Shown here in pieces: positions 32,045 to 41,552 of a stretch of DNA of 64,000 nucleotides. Positions within the stretch are counted from its first letter, which is position 1. Every line of letters starts with the position of its first letter. The notes beneath the pieces are model-generated. The model saw only the letters and a list, made by a program, of their open reading frames with translations, was not told the origin of the DNA and searched no databases. The stretch spans positions 383 to 64,382 of the forward strand of contig JBEIFV010000001.1 in NCBI GenBank assembly GCA_040382235.1, given 5' to 3'. The position numbers and the translations under genes were made by a program. This DNA comes from Burkholderiales bacterium (GTDB lineage Bacteria; Pseudomonadota; Gammaproteobacteria; Burkholderiales; JAEUOS01).

Positions 32045-32890
32045 CTAGCGTTGCATCAGACGCCGCGACAGGTACGAGGCAAGATCGACCAGCGCCACCA
32101 GCAAGATCATGACGATCAGGATCGAGCTGGTCTCGCGCATGTGAAACAGGCCCATGTGGAAGGCCAGCATCTGGCCCAGCCCGCCGCCGCCAACCACACC
32201 CAACACGGCGGCTGCGCGAATGTTGTTTTCCCAGCGGTACAGGGTGTAGGACATCAGCTGCGGCAGGATTTGCGGCAGCGTGGCGTACAGGAACACCCGG
32301 CCTTCGGGCACGCCCTGCGCGCGCAGGGCGAAGGCGGGCCCGGGTGGCGCGTTCTCGATCGCCTCGGCAAACAGGCGCCCCAGCACGCCGGTGGTATGCA
32401 GGCCGAGCGCCAGAGTGCCGGCGAATGGCCCGAGGCCGGCAGCGATGATCAGAAGGGCCGCCCACATCAGCTCAGGGATAGAACGCAGGCCATTCAATAC
32501 CAGCCGCGTCGGCGCGCGCCACAGGGCGCGGTCACCCGCATGCACGCGGCTGGCCGGCAATGCCAGCGCCAAGCCGCCGATGACGGCGAGCAAGGTGCCC
32601 AGCGCCGACATCGCGATGGTCTCCAGCGCCGCGACGGAAAGGCGCGCCATGAACTTGGCCTCCGCCGTCGGGTTCATCAGCTCGCGCATGAACTTGCCCA
32701 TCCTTTGCGCCGCGTCGAGCGAAAAAAACTTTGCCCACTGTAGATCCAGGGTCAAGAAACTGGCCACGGTCAGCACCAGCAATGCGAGCACAAACCAGCA
32801 GGCGGCACAGCGCGCATCGAAAATCTTCGGCGGCAGGCGGTAACGCTCGTTGGCTGCCAGCAATGGCCGCTGCGCTTCCGGCAGATTCAT
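32045..32890 (-). CDS. phnE: PhnE-type ABC transporter permease
   Basis: 281 aa with multiple TM segments. It has the EAA-loop region EAIENAPPGPAFALRAQGV typical of PhnE. 4-nt overlap with the upstream permease gene. Confidence 0.8.
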   Translation of the reverse strand: MNLPEAQRPLLAANERYRLPPKIFDARCAACWFVLALLVLTVASFLTLDLQWAKFFSLDAAQRMGKFMRELMNPTAEAKFMARLSVAALETIAMSALGTLLAVIGGLALALPASRVHAGDRALWRAPTRLVLNGLRSIPELMWAALLIIAAGLGPFAGTLALGLHTTGVLGRLFAEAIENAPPGPAFALRAQGVPEGRVFLYATLPQILPQLMSYTLYRWENNIRAAAVLGVVGGGGLGQMLAFHMGLFHMRETSSILIVMILLVALVDLASYLSRRLMQR

Positions 32891-33720
32891 GCGAGCACCT
32901 TACGTAAGCGTGCGCTCACATAGTCGGCAAGACCAACCAGCAGCATGAATACGATCAGCATGGTGGCCACTTCCGAGCCCTGGAACATCTTCATCGAGTT
33001 GTCCATCTGCTGCCCCAAGCCGCCGGCGCCGACAAAGCCCAGCACCGCCGAGGAGCGGATCGCGCACTCCCAGCGGTACACGGTATAGCTCGTGAGCTCG
33101 GCGGCGCTTTGCGGCAACAGGCCGAAGAAGAAGGCCTGCAGCCGCCCCGCGCCATTGCGCATCAAGGTGTGGGTGGCATGCGCATCGTCGCTTTCAAGAA
33201 TCTCGCTGTAGACCTTGCCCAGCATGCCGCCATAGGTGAGCGCGATCGCCAGCACGCCGGCGGTCGGCCCCAGCCCCACCACACGCACGAACACCAGCGC
33301 CCACACCAGTTCGGGCACGCTGCGCAAGACGATCAACAGCCAGCGCAGCGCCTGGCGCAAGACAAACGGCAGCCGGTGCATGCGCCCGGTCAATGCCGAT
33401 ACGGAAAGCACGCTGTTGGACATCAAGGTCAGGGGAATCGCGATCACCAGTGCCAGGGCCAGGCCCGCAGTGGCGATCGCCACCGTGCGCCAGCACTCGC
33501 GCAGCACCAGCCACAGGAATTCCGCCTCGATCTTGGGCGGAAAGAAGTCAGCAATGAAGCGCCTGGTGGATTTGAGCGCGTTCGGCTCGAAGAGAATCCA
33601 CGGCTTGAACTCTGTGGCCACCAGTGCCGGGGCAATCAGCGCCAGTGCGGCCAGGGTCCAGAACACCCGACCACTCCAGGCGGGATCGCGCAGCTGCGGC
33701 GCGGCTAGCGTGGTCGACAC
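32887..33720 (-). CDS. phnE: PhnE-type ABC transporter permease
   Basis: 277 aa paralogous permease (SEILESDDAHATHTLMRNGAGRLQ). Confidence 0.8.
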   Translation of the reverse strand: MSTTLAAPQLRDPAWSGRVFWTLAALALIAPALVATEFKPWILFEPNALKSTRRFIADFFPPKIEAEFLWLVLRECWRTVAIATAGLALALVIAIPLTLMSNSVLSVSALTGRMHRLPFVLRQALRWLLIVLRSVPELVWALVFVRVVGLGPTAGVLAIALTYGGMLGKVYSEILESDDAHATHTLMRNGAGRLQAFFFGLLPQSAAELTSYTVYRWECAIRSSAVLGFVGAGGLGQQMDNSMKMFQGSEVATMLIVFMLLVGLADYVSARLRKVLA

Positions 33721-33735
33721 GGTGCTCGCGGGCGA

Positions 33736-34575
33736 TCAGCGGCAGTACATCACCGCCGCGCGCGGCGCGTCGGTGATTTCGTCGGCCGGCGCGGCTGCCG
33801 GGCCGTTGAGCTCATGCTCGTACTGCGCATACAGCGCGCCCAGTCGCTCACGGCTCACCTCTGCGCTCGGCAGGTCGAACTGCAAAACACCCTCGCGCAT
33901 GCCCAGCACGCGCGGAAAGCGCGTCGCCACATCCACCTGGTGCAGGGTGGTGATCAGCGTTACGCCGCGCTCGCGCGCACTCTGCGTCAGCGATTCGATT
34001 GCCAACGCCGCGCGCGACGGATCGAGCGATGACAAGGGCTCGTCGACCAGCCACAGGCTGGCCGCCGACACCAGGGCGCGTGCCAATCCGACCCGCTGGC
34101 GCTCGCCGCCGGAGAGTCGGTCGACGCGTTCCCACAGTTTTTCAGCCAGATCGAACTGCGCCAGCGCGGCTTCTGCCTGTGCGATATGGGTTGGATAGAA
34201 CAGGGAACGCAGGCTGGCAGCCAGCGACTGTTGCGGCAGGCGCGCGGCCAGCACGGCGGTGATCACGCGCTGGCGTGGCGGCAGGGGCGGCGCCTGCGGC
34301 GCCAGGAACAGGCGACCGCGCAGCTTTTGCAACTTCGCCATAGGCAGCGTCCACGGATCGACGCCGTCGAGTTCGAATGACCCTGCGGCCGGCTTCAGCG
34401 CGCAGGCCAATGCATGCAGCAAGGTGGTCTTGCCGGCACCGGACGGGCCTACCACCGCCACCTGTTCGCCAGGCTCGATGGTGAGCGTGAGCGGCTTCAA
34501 GGCCGGAACGCTGCCGGCACCCGATAGCGGTGCCGATGGATGGCGCGCGGCGAGCCCGTGAACGACGATGCGCAT
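33736..34575 (-). CDS. phnC: PhnC-type ABC transporter ATP-binding protein
   Basis: Walker A GPSGAGKTT, signature LSGGERQRV, Walker B LWLVDEPLSSLD. Confidence 0.85.
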   Translation of the reverse strand: MRIVVHGLAARHPSAPLSGAGSVPALKPLTLTIEPGEQVAVVGPSGAGKTTLLHALACALKPAAGSFELDGVDPWTLPMAKLQKLRGRLFLAPQAPPLPPRQRVITAVLAARLPQQSLAASLRSLFYPTHIAQAEAALAQFDLAEKLWERVDRLSGGERQRVGLARALVSAASLWLVDEPLSSLDPSRAALAIESLTQSARERGVTLITTLHQVDVATRFPRVLGMREGVLQFDLPSAEVSRERLGALYAQYEHELNGPAAAPADEITDAPRAAVMYCR

Positions 34576-34620
34576 GGCGACGCGCCGCCTAGGTCAGGTC
34601 AGTCAAGTGGGAGGTGCGAT

Positions 34621-35487
34621 CTACTTGATCAAACCCGCGCTGCGCCCCGCAGCCTCGAGATCCTTGTAGTTCTCGGCCCTGGTGGCGATGTACTTGGTGG
34701 CGCGATTGAGCGTGAGGATTTCCTTGCCCTCGGCGTCAGCCATGGAGATATCCAGCAGCGCCTTGGTGATGCGCTCGCGCAGCGCCGCCGGCATGTCGGC
34801 ATGCACCGACCAGTTGTAATTGAAGTAGGGAGGCGTGGTGAAGAACACGTTGACCTTGGCGGTATCGACCTTTTTGTCTTCGACGAACTTGCGCCACACG
34901 GTGATGTCGAGCGCCGCCGCATCGACGCGCCCGCCCACCACCGAGGCGATGGTGGCGTCATGCGCGCCGGAATAGGCCACACGCTTGAAATCACGGTCTG
35001 GGTCGAGTTTGGCCTGCAGCAGGAAGGCGCGCGGCATCAGGTGCCCCGAGGTGCTGGACTGCGAGCCGAAGCTGACCTGCTTGCCCTTCAGATCGGCCAG
35101 GCTCTTGATGCCGGAATCGGTCTGGGTGATGAATACCGAACGGAACTGCGTGTCTTCCTCGCGCTGCGCGATCGGAATGATCTTGCCGCCGGAGCGCAGC
35201 TGCGCCTGCACATGGGTGAAGCCGCCGAACCACACCACATCGACCTGCTTGTTGACCAACGCCTCGACCGCGGCTGGATAGTCGGTCACCGGTGTGAATT
35301 CCACCTTCATTCCCAGGGTGCGCTCAAGATACTTGGTGATAGGGCCGAACTTGCGCACCTGCTCGGTGGCGGCTTCTTCGGGAATGGTGGTGATCTTGAG
35401 CAGGGCTTGCTGGGCCAGCGCGGGGGCTGCGGCCAGCATGAGGATGCCGAGAAATGCCAAAGACGGAACTAGTCGGTAAATACGCAT
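34621..35487 (-). CDS. PhnD-family (phosphonate/phosphite-type) periplasmic substrate-binding protein
   Basis: 288 aa with a signal peptide ending ALAQQ, then the PhnD-like pattern DVVWFGGFTHVQA ... SSTSGHLMPR. The substrate cannot be assigned from sequence. Confidence 0.75.
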   Translation of the reverse strand: MRIYRLVPSLAFLGILMLAAAPALAQQALLKITTIPEEAATEQVRKFGPITKYLERTLGMKVEFTPVTDYPAAVEALVNKQVDVVWFGGFTHVQAQLRSGGKIIPIAQREEDTQFRSVFITQTDSGIKSLADLKGKQVSFGSQSSTSGHLMPRAFLLQAKLDPDRDFKRVAYSGAHDATIASVVGGRVDAAALDITVWRKFVEDKKVDTAKVNVFFTTPPYFNYNWSVHADMPAALRERITKALLDISMADAEGKEILTLNRATKYIATRAENYKDLEAAGRSAGLIK

Positions 35488-35997
35488 GAAAATGAACTCC
35501 TTCGTGAAATCAGACAGTTAACGCAAAACCAGCATTGCAAGCATGCCGCGCTTGATGCCCCGCGCTGGCAATAAAAAGCGCCCGTCTTGTACCAGTGAGC
35601 GCACGCCATGCAAGCTCGATCGCATCGACATTCGGGCCAAATAAGGACTGGCCGCGGATGGCTCGGGCATTGGTCGCGCAAGAGTCACCAAGTTTACACG
35701 CCAAAGGAACGCCCGCGGATTGTCGCGGTGAGGCGGGCGGCCTCGAACCGCAATGGCTTCGGCTGTGGTTATGGCACAGCCAATGGCGTCCGCGGGTAGG
35801 GTTGTGCGGGAGCGTGCGCAAGGGCAACGCCAGAAGCCGATCAGCAGCCTGACGGCCCGCCATGGCTGACGCGGTTGAACCTCACAAGCATCGCTTTGAC
35901 GCACCAACCGCGCTCTTTCGATCGGACATGGTGCGCCCTTGGTGCACAAAGACCGGGACTTTATCGCCATCGCACAGGCAGTCCCGCAACTGCGTGT

Positions 35998-36492
35998 CTA
36001 TCCGCGGTAGTCGATCCAACCGCCTCCCTGATCATTGACCGACGGTGGCAGCGCAGCTGGCGTCCGGCGACCACCATTCGCAAGCGACAGCGGCATCCGG
36101 GCGGCGATCTTCGCGCTCAGTTCCTGCCGCATCGGCGCGGTCAACACAACGCTGTCGGGGGCGATGCCTTGGAGCCGAACGAGATGGTACGGGGAATTGG
36201 CGTCGATCAGGCGTGCCAACGTAAACATCTTGCCCTGCAGGTGATCCATCAATTCGGGCTGACGGTCCGAGACCTCGATGTACTTGCTACCCAAGACGTC
36301 GATACTGATGCAGGCTCCGATGGCCCCCAAGCCGATGTTGCCCGTGATGATGGGCCTTTCAATTGATAAAGTCGAAACCCGATCTCCATGTGCTGGCGGG
36401 TGCCAAGCAATTAGCTCCAAATTGGGGGGCGCGGAAATTCCGGGGTTGCCGGCGCGCACCAGGGGCGCGCACTTCACTCGTATCCGCGTCAT
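35998..36492 (-). CDS. Hypothetical protein (weak call)
   Basis: This is the only ORF in the 35.5-36.9 kb gap whose C-terminal half looks protein-like ([51 protein letters not shown]). I recognise no motif, and the start is uncertain. Confidence 0.3.
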   Translation of the reverse strand: MTRIRVKCAPLVRAGNPGISAPPNLELIAWHPPAHGDRVSTLSIERPIITGNIGLGAIGACISIDVLGSKYIEVSDRQPELMDHLQGKMFTLARLIDANSPYHLVRLQGIAPDSVVLTAPMRQELSAKIAARMPLSLANGGRRTPAALPPSVNDQGGGWIDYRG

Positions 36493-36899
36493 GCGCCACA
36501 GACCGGCACAAACCTGTCGGCGAATGCCAACACATTCGCCTTAGGTACCACACGATCAATCGATCGCAAGCTGTTGACGGCGCGTGAAAATCAGGTTCTG
36601 GCACGCCTGTTGCCAAGCTCGTCGCGACGTGGCGCCGCTGATACCGTTCAGGATTGGCAAAGATCAGCGCAATAATCGAAAAAGTCACAGAGAAACAATG
36701 ATTTGCAGACGAATTTCAGGAACCATGCGACGATTCGCAGATATTGGGCGGGTGGAGATTCGGAGCAGTTTGACGACCTCGCAGGCCACACTCCCAAGTA
36801 CCAATGCGCGCTTCAAAGCACCAAAGCCGCGAGACACATTCAGCCTGTCTGTTGTAATCGCGCCGCAAGCTTCAACTACGGAATTTTTGGAGATCAACA

Positions 36900-38291
36900 A
36901 TGGACGCCGGCCTTCATACTGCCGCGAACTTTTCGGCTTTTTTCGACGGATCGCGCATGCGAGACTTGGCGCGTGCAGGGGCCGTGAGGCCTGAGGAAAG
37001 CGACCCACTGATCGCAAACCGCCAGCACCACGTGCTTGTGGTTGACGATGACATGATCCTGCGCGAGATCATTTCTCGGCACCTGACTAAACAGGGTTAC
37101 CGCGTGACGCTGGCGGTTGACGGCGCCCAGGCGCTGGTTGAAATCGAAAATACCGCTCCTGATTTGATCGTCCTTGACCACTACCTCCCCGACACCACCG
37201 GCGCGGATCTGCTCGCGGCCTTGCGACAGCACAAGGAAGGCTTCGCCATTCCGGTCATCTACCTCACCGGCGACGATACGCACCAGCGTTTTCGCGAGAG
37301 CATGAACAGTGGGGCCGACGACTTCTTCACCAAGCCGGTTGCCATTCCGGAATTGCTACAGGCGGTCAAGGCTCAATTGCGCAAGAGCCACACGCGCATG
37401 ATCGCGCAGGGCGATTTCCCACAGAGCTCCAGCGAGAAGGAAATCGCCTGCCTCGCGCTGCAGTTACATGAGGTCGAGGCGAGGCTAAAAAGTGTGTGCG
37501 CCGATCGACAGCGCATCCAGCAGGCCCTGCAGTCGCTGGAGAGCGGCATGGCTGCCTGGGTAAGCGACGAACACCGCAAGTTGGAACGCGAGAATTCGGC
37601 CCTGAAGGCCTATGGCTACGCACTGGCTCACGAATTGCGGCGACCGCTGCGCGGCATCGTCGGCTACGCCGGGCTGCTTAAGGAGAGCGAGGCCGGCAAG
37701 CTGGGTAACGAAGCGTCCCGCATGCTGGTACGCATCGAAAAAAGTGGCCGCAGCATGAACGAGTTTATCGAAGGCCTGCTCGCCATGGCCACGGCCGAAC
37801 ACAGCAAATTCAGGCGCATGCGCGTGGATCTGAGCGCGATGGCGCTCGAAGCGGTCGAAAGTTGTGCGCCGCCAGATGCGCTACCGCCGACTTGCGTACG
37901 CATCGCTTCCGGACTTGCCACCCATGCCGATCCGGTGCTGATGCGGATTGTTCTCGAAAACCTGCTTTCCAACGCTTTCAAGTACACCTCGACCATCGCG
38001 CTCCCCAACATCGAGTTCGACACTTGTGAGCTTAACTGCGAGTCCGTTTTTTTCGTCCGCGATAACGGCATTGGCTTCAACATGGCTGATGCCGTCCGCA
38101 TGTTTGAACCGTTTCATCGTCTGCACTCGACCAACGATTACGAAGGACTCGGAATCGGGCTGGCAACGGTACAGCAGATCATCGAACGCCACGGCGGGCG
38201 CATCTGGGCGAGGAGTGCAGTTGGCGAAGGCACAACATTCTTCTTCACGCTTGGCGAGGCCGCCTGCTCATCGCAATCCCTTGTGACTTGA
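36900..38291 (+). CDS. Hybrid response-regulator receiver / histidine kinase (REC-HisKA-HATPase_c, no TM or sensor domain)
   Basis: REC elements are VLVVDDD, LIVLDHYLPD, YLTG and FFTKP. A coiled-coil linker follows. The H-box is LAHELRRPL, the N-box is LLSNAFKYT, and the G-boxes are DNGIGF and GLGIGLA. The start among several Mets is uncertain. Confidence 0.85.
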   Translation: MDAGLHTAANFSAFFDGSRMRDLARAGAVRPEESDPLIANRQHHVLVVDDDMILREIISRHLTKQGYRVTLAVDGAQALVEIENTAPDLIVLDHYLPDTTGADLLAALRQHKEGFAIPVIYLTGDDTHQRFRESMNSGADDFFTKPVAIPELLQAVKAQLRKSHTRMIAQGDFPQSSSEKEIACLALQLHEVEARLKSVCADRQRIQQALQSLESGMAAWVSDEHRKLERENSALKAYGYALAHELRRPLRGIVGYAGLLKESEAGKLGNEASRMLVRIEKSGRSMNEFIEGLLAMATAEHSKFRRMRVDLSAMALEAVESCAPPDALPPTCVRIASGLATHADPVLMRIVLENLLSNAFKYTSTIALPNIEFDTCELNCESVFFVRDNGIGFNMADAVRMFEPFHRLHSTNDYEGLGIGLATVQQIIERHGGRIWARSAVGEGTTFFFTLGEAACSSQSLVT

Positions 38292-38582
38292 CAGGCAACA
38301 ACTGATAGCAATGCAGCGCTGGCCGACCGGGAGCGCAGACCCGCGCCCGCCGGTCTGCGCGAAAGCTTCGTTGTACCGCATGCATTTCAGGCACCGTTCC
38401 CGCGCCGCATGCTTGGTGGCGAACTGGGAGCCCGTCGCCGTCACGTGCACTTCCAGCTAGGGAATATGCAGATGAGCGCGCAGCGCAGCGAGTCCGAAAG
38501 TGACGCCGCGCGTGCTGCACGCCCGCACTCGCCGCGGCCACAGTGCGAGAATGGCGGCAGACGTCAAACCGGGAGAAACACC

Positions 38583-39626
38583 ATGTGGCTGCGCAACTGC
38601 TGGTATGTGATCGCCTGGGAACACGAGATTCCCGTCGATGGCTTTGTGGCACGCACAGTGCTGGGCGAGCCGATCCTGGTGTATCGCACCGCCGCCGGCC
38701 GGCTCACCGCGCTCGAGGATCGCTGTTGCCACCGGCAGGCGCCACTTTCCAAAGGACGGCGCGAAGGCGATTGCATCCGCTGCGGCTACCACGGCCTGAA
38801 GTTCGACGCGGACGGCACCTGCGTCGAGGTGCCCGGCATGGAGCACCCGCCGGCAGCGGCACGCGTCAAGACCTACCCGGTTACCGAGCGCAACAAATGG
38901 GTCTTCGTATGGATGGGTGATGCCGCGCGCGCCGATCTATCCATGCTGCCGGACAACTTTTCCTGCAACGCCGCCGACTGGCATTACAAGCCGGGCTACA
39001 TGCACTACGAGACGCCCTATCTGCTGATCTGTGACAACCTGCTCGATTTTTCGCACTTGAGCTATGTGCACGAGAAAACCCTGGGCGGCAGCACCGCCAT
39101 CGCGCTGGCGCGGCCGACCATTGAAGCGGTGACCGCGCCCGGGCAGCGCGGCCTGCGCGTGACGCGGCATGTGCCCAACGTACCGCCGCCGCCCTACTAT
39201 TCGAAGATCAAGCGGCTCTCGACCAACGTCGATCGCTGGTTCATCTACGACTTCTTGCTGCCGTGCACGCTGCTGATGCGTTCGGGCGGCCGTCCGGTGG
39301 CCGATGCGGCCGACGACTTGCGCCATGCGGTGCAATTGCACAGCTGCCAGACCCTGACGCCCGAGACCGCAAGCACCACGCATTATTTTTTCCAGCAGGC
39401 CTACCAGGCCGACGCGCCCGATGCGGGCGTCACCGAAGGCATTTTCCAGAGCCTGATCGCGGCCTTCAATGAAGATCGCGACATGATCACCGCGCAGCAT
39501 CGCAATCTCGAGCAGGCACCGGGCGGGCCCATGCTTCCGCTCCACATGGATTCGGCGCTGACGCACTTCCGGCGCCTGGTCGAGGCCGAAGCCGGGATCG
39601 AAGCGGGCATTAGAGATGGCGCGTGA
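38583..39626 (+). CDS. Rieske [2Fe-2S] aromatic oxygenase, VanA/phthalate-family alpha subunit
   Basis: Starts MWLRNCWYVIAWEHEI. Rieske motif is CCHRQAPLS...C.YHG. A mononuclear iron region is DNLLDFSHLSYVH. Confidence 0.85.
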   Translation: MWLRNCWYVIAWEHEIPVDGFVARTVLGEPILVYRTAAGRLTALEDRCCHRQAPLSKGRREGDCIRCGYHGLKFDADGTCVEVPGMEHPPAAARVKTYPVTERNKWVFVWMGDAARADLSMLPDNFSCNAADWHYKPGYMHYETPYLLICDNLLDFSHLSYVHEKTLGGSTAIALARPTIEAVTAPGQRGLRVTRHVPNVPPPPYYSKIKRLSTNVDRWFIYDFLLPCTLLMRSGGRPVADAADDLRHAVQLHSCQTLTPETASTTHYFFQQAYQADAPDAGVTEGIFQSLIAAFNEDRDMITAQHRNLEQAPGGPMLPLHMDSALTHFRRLVEAEAGIEAGIRDGA

Positions 39627-39674
39627 CGCGCCCAAGCTACGACCGGGCGCTTTTGAACCCGGCCTCGGCAATAT

Positions 39675-40724
39675 TTGGCGCGCGGCTCAACACAGACCAA
39701 AACTACCGATGGAACCACCTTGATCGCCTTGCACTGCACCCATTGGGGCGGCTACCAGGCGCTTGACCTGACCCGGGTGGAGCCGCCGCGGCTCAAGCCT
39801 GGCTGCGTGCGCATCGCGGTGCACTACGCCACCATCACGCTGGGCCAGGTGCTGGTGGTAGCGGGCAAATACCAGCGCAAGCCGCCGCTGCCTTTCGTGC
39901 CCGGCACCGAGGTTTCCGGCGTGGTGGCCGAGGTTGCGGCGGACGTCAGCGGCTTTCGGGTTGGCGATCGGGTCGCGGCGATGCTCGACTGGGGCGGCTT
40001 TGGCGAAGAGGCGATCGCCACCGCGGAGACGGCGTGGCAGGTTCCGGACGCCATCGATCTGGCGATCGCCTGCACCATTCCCGGTACCTACGGCACGGCA
40101 TACGCGTCGCTGCACTGGCGTGCCGGCATCAGACCCGGCCAGACGGTGCTGGTGTTCGGTGCCGCAGGCGGCGTGGGCATCCCTGCGGTCGAAGTGGCCG
40201 CCAAGGCTGGCGCACGGGTGATCGCGGTGGCGCGCTCGGACGAGCGACTGAATCTGGCACGGGCCCATGGCGCGCTTCAGGGTTTTCTCAACGACACACC
40301 CGATCTGGGCCGCACGATCAAGGCCGCCACCCAGGGTCGCGGCGTCGACATCGTGTTCGACCCGGTCGGTGGCAAGCTGTTCGATGAGGCGTTGCGCTGT
40401 GTCGCACCGGAGGGCAAGGTCGTGGTGATTGGCTTCGCCAGCGGTGATGTCCCGCAGATCCCGGCCAACATCCTGCTGGTCAAGAACATCGACATTATCG
40501 GCTTCAACTTCGGCCTTTACCTGGGCTGGACACCCGACGATGAGCGCAGGCGCTTCGCGCTGCGCTTGCGTGAATTGATGCAGGTGCTGTGCCAGGGCAT
40601 CGTCGCGGGCGATTTCCGCCCGGTCACCAGCATGACTTTTCCGCTGGACCGCTATCTCGAGGCCTTCGAAGCGCTGGTGGCGCGGCAGTCGGTGGGGCGC
40701 GTGGTTCTCAAGATCGCGGCGTGA
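39675..40724 (+). CDS. NADPH:quinone oxidoreductase / MDR-family zinc-type dehydrogenase
   Basis: Has the GAAGGVG nucleotide motif and GFRVGDRV. The start is uncertain (TTG 39675 or TTG 39720). Confidence 0.8.
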   Translation: MARGSTQTKTTDGTTLIALHCTHWGGYQALDLTRVEPPRLKPGCVRIAVHYATITLGQVLVVAGKYQRKPPLPFVPGTEVSGVVAEVAADVSGFRVGDRVAAMLDWGGFGEEAIATAETAWQVPDAIDLAIACTIPGTYGTAYASLHWRAGIRPGQTVLVFGAAGGVGIPAVEVAAKAGARVIAVARSDERLNLARAHGALQGFLNDTPDLGRTIKAATQGRGVDIVFDPVGGKLFDEALRCVAPEGKVVVIGFASGDVPQIPANILLVKNIDIIGFNFGLYLGWTPDDERRRFALRLRELMQVLCQGIVAGDFRPVTSMTFPLDRYLEAFEALVARQSVGRVVLKIAA

Positions 40725-40860
40725 GTCCGGCGCGGGGCGTTGGCGCGGCGCCGGCCTGCGGCTGGCGTTTCGGCGGCCGGCAGCGCCCGCCCGGTTTGCA
40801 GGCAGCGAGTGGTGCAAGCCGTGCCGCGCGCGTGCCGGCGCACCTCAAAGTTCAATCATC

Positions 40861-41508
40861 TTGATGGAGACCGCAACCTTGAACCAACGCCGAAAAGTCA
40901 TCCTGTTTCACGCACCCAACACCCGTTCCGCCGGCGTTCTGACACTACTGGAAGAGCTTGGTGCCGAATACGAGCTGCAGGTTCTCAACCTAAAGGCCGG
41001 CGACTCGCGCAAGCCCGCGTACCTCGCCATCAATCCCATGGGAAAAGTGCCCGCCATCCTGCATGACGGTGCGCTGGTCACCGAGCAGGTCGCGATCTAC
41101 CAGTATCTGGCCGACCTCTATGCCGACCGCAGCCTGGCGCCCCAAATGGGCGATCCACTGCGCGGCCCCTACCTGCGCTGGCTGGCGTTTTACGGCTCCT
41201 CGTTCGAGCCGGCGATCGTCGACCGCGCCCTCAAGCGCGATCCGGCGCCGCAAGGCATGGCGCCCTATGGCGATTACGACACCATGTTCAGGACGCTCGA
41301 CGATCAACTGACGCACGGCCCGTGGATTCTGGGGGCCGACTTTTGCGCAGCCGATGTGCTGTGGGGCGCCGCGCTGGCCTGGGCCACAAGGTTCGGCATC
41401 GTGAGCGCCACGCCGGTGATCCAGGCCTATATCGAGCGCGCCAACGCGCGGCCGGCCACGCTGCGGGTGCGTGCGAAAGATGCGCAACTGGCGGCTGCGC
41501 AAGGCTGA
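40861..41508 (+). CDS. Glutathione S-transferase
   Basis: 215 aa with an N-terminal thioredoxin-like domain (INPMGKVPAIL). Confidence 0.8.
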   Translation: MMETATLNQRRKVILFHAPNTRSAGVLTLLEELGAEYELQVLNLKAGDSRKPAYLAINPMGKVPAILHDGALVTEQVAIYQYLADLYADRSLAPQMGDPLRGPYLRWLAFYGSSFEPAIVDRALKRDPAPQGMAPYGDYDTMFRTLDDQLTHGPWILGADFCAADVLWGAALAWATRFGIVSATPVIQAYIERANARPATLRVRAKDAQLAAAQG

Positions 41509-41552
41509 AGAGCGTGCCGCTGTACGAGCCGCGCTTGCAATTACGGGCAAAG

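Noticed and set aside
32045-35487. phnCDEE cluster as evidence for phosphonate catabolism
   Set aside because: No C-P lyase (phnGHIJKLM), phosphonatase or ptx/htx genes are present in the window. Only a PhnD-family transporter of unassigned substrate can be claimed.
35700-35830. Possible cobalamin or Moco riboswitch in the leader of the PhnD-type operon
   Set aside because: There is a GCCATTG segment and several hairpins. I could not find a B12-box (GCCACTG context) or the conserved Moco elements, so the similarity is too weak to call without a covariance-model search.
36584-36994. 136-aa plus-strand ORF overlapping the start of the REC-histidine kinase gene
   Set aside because: The translation is basic and low-complexity, and it overlaps the better-supported kinase frame. 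It is more likely non-coding or decayed sequence than a gene.
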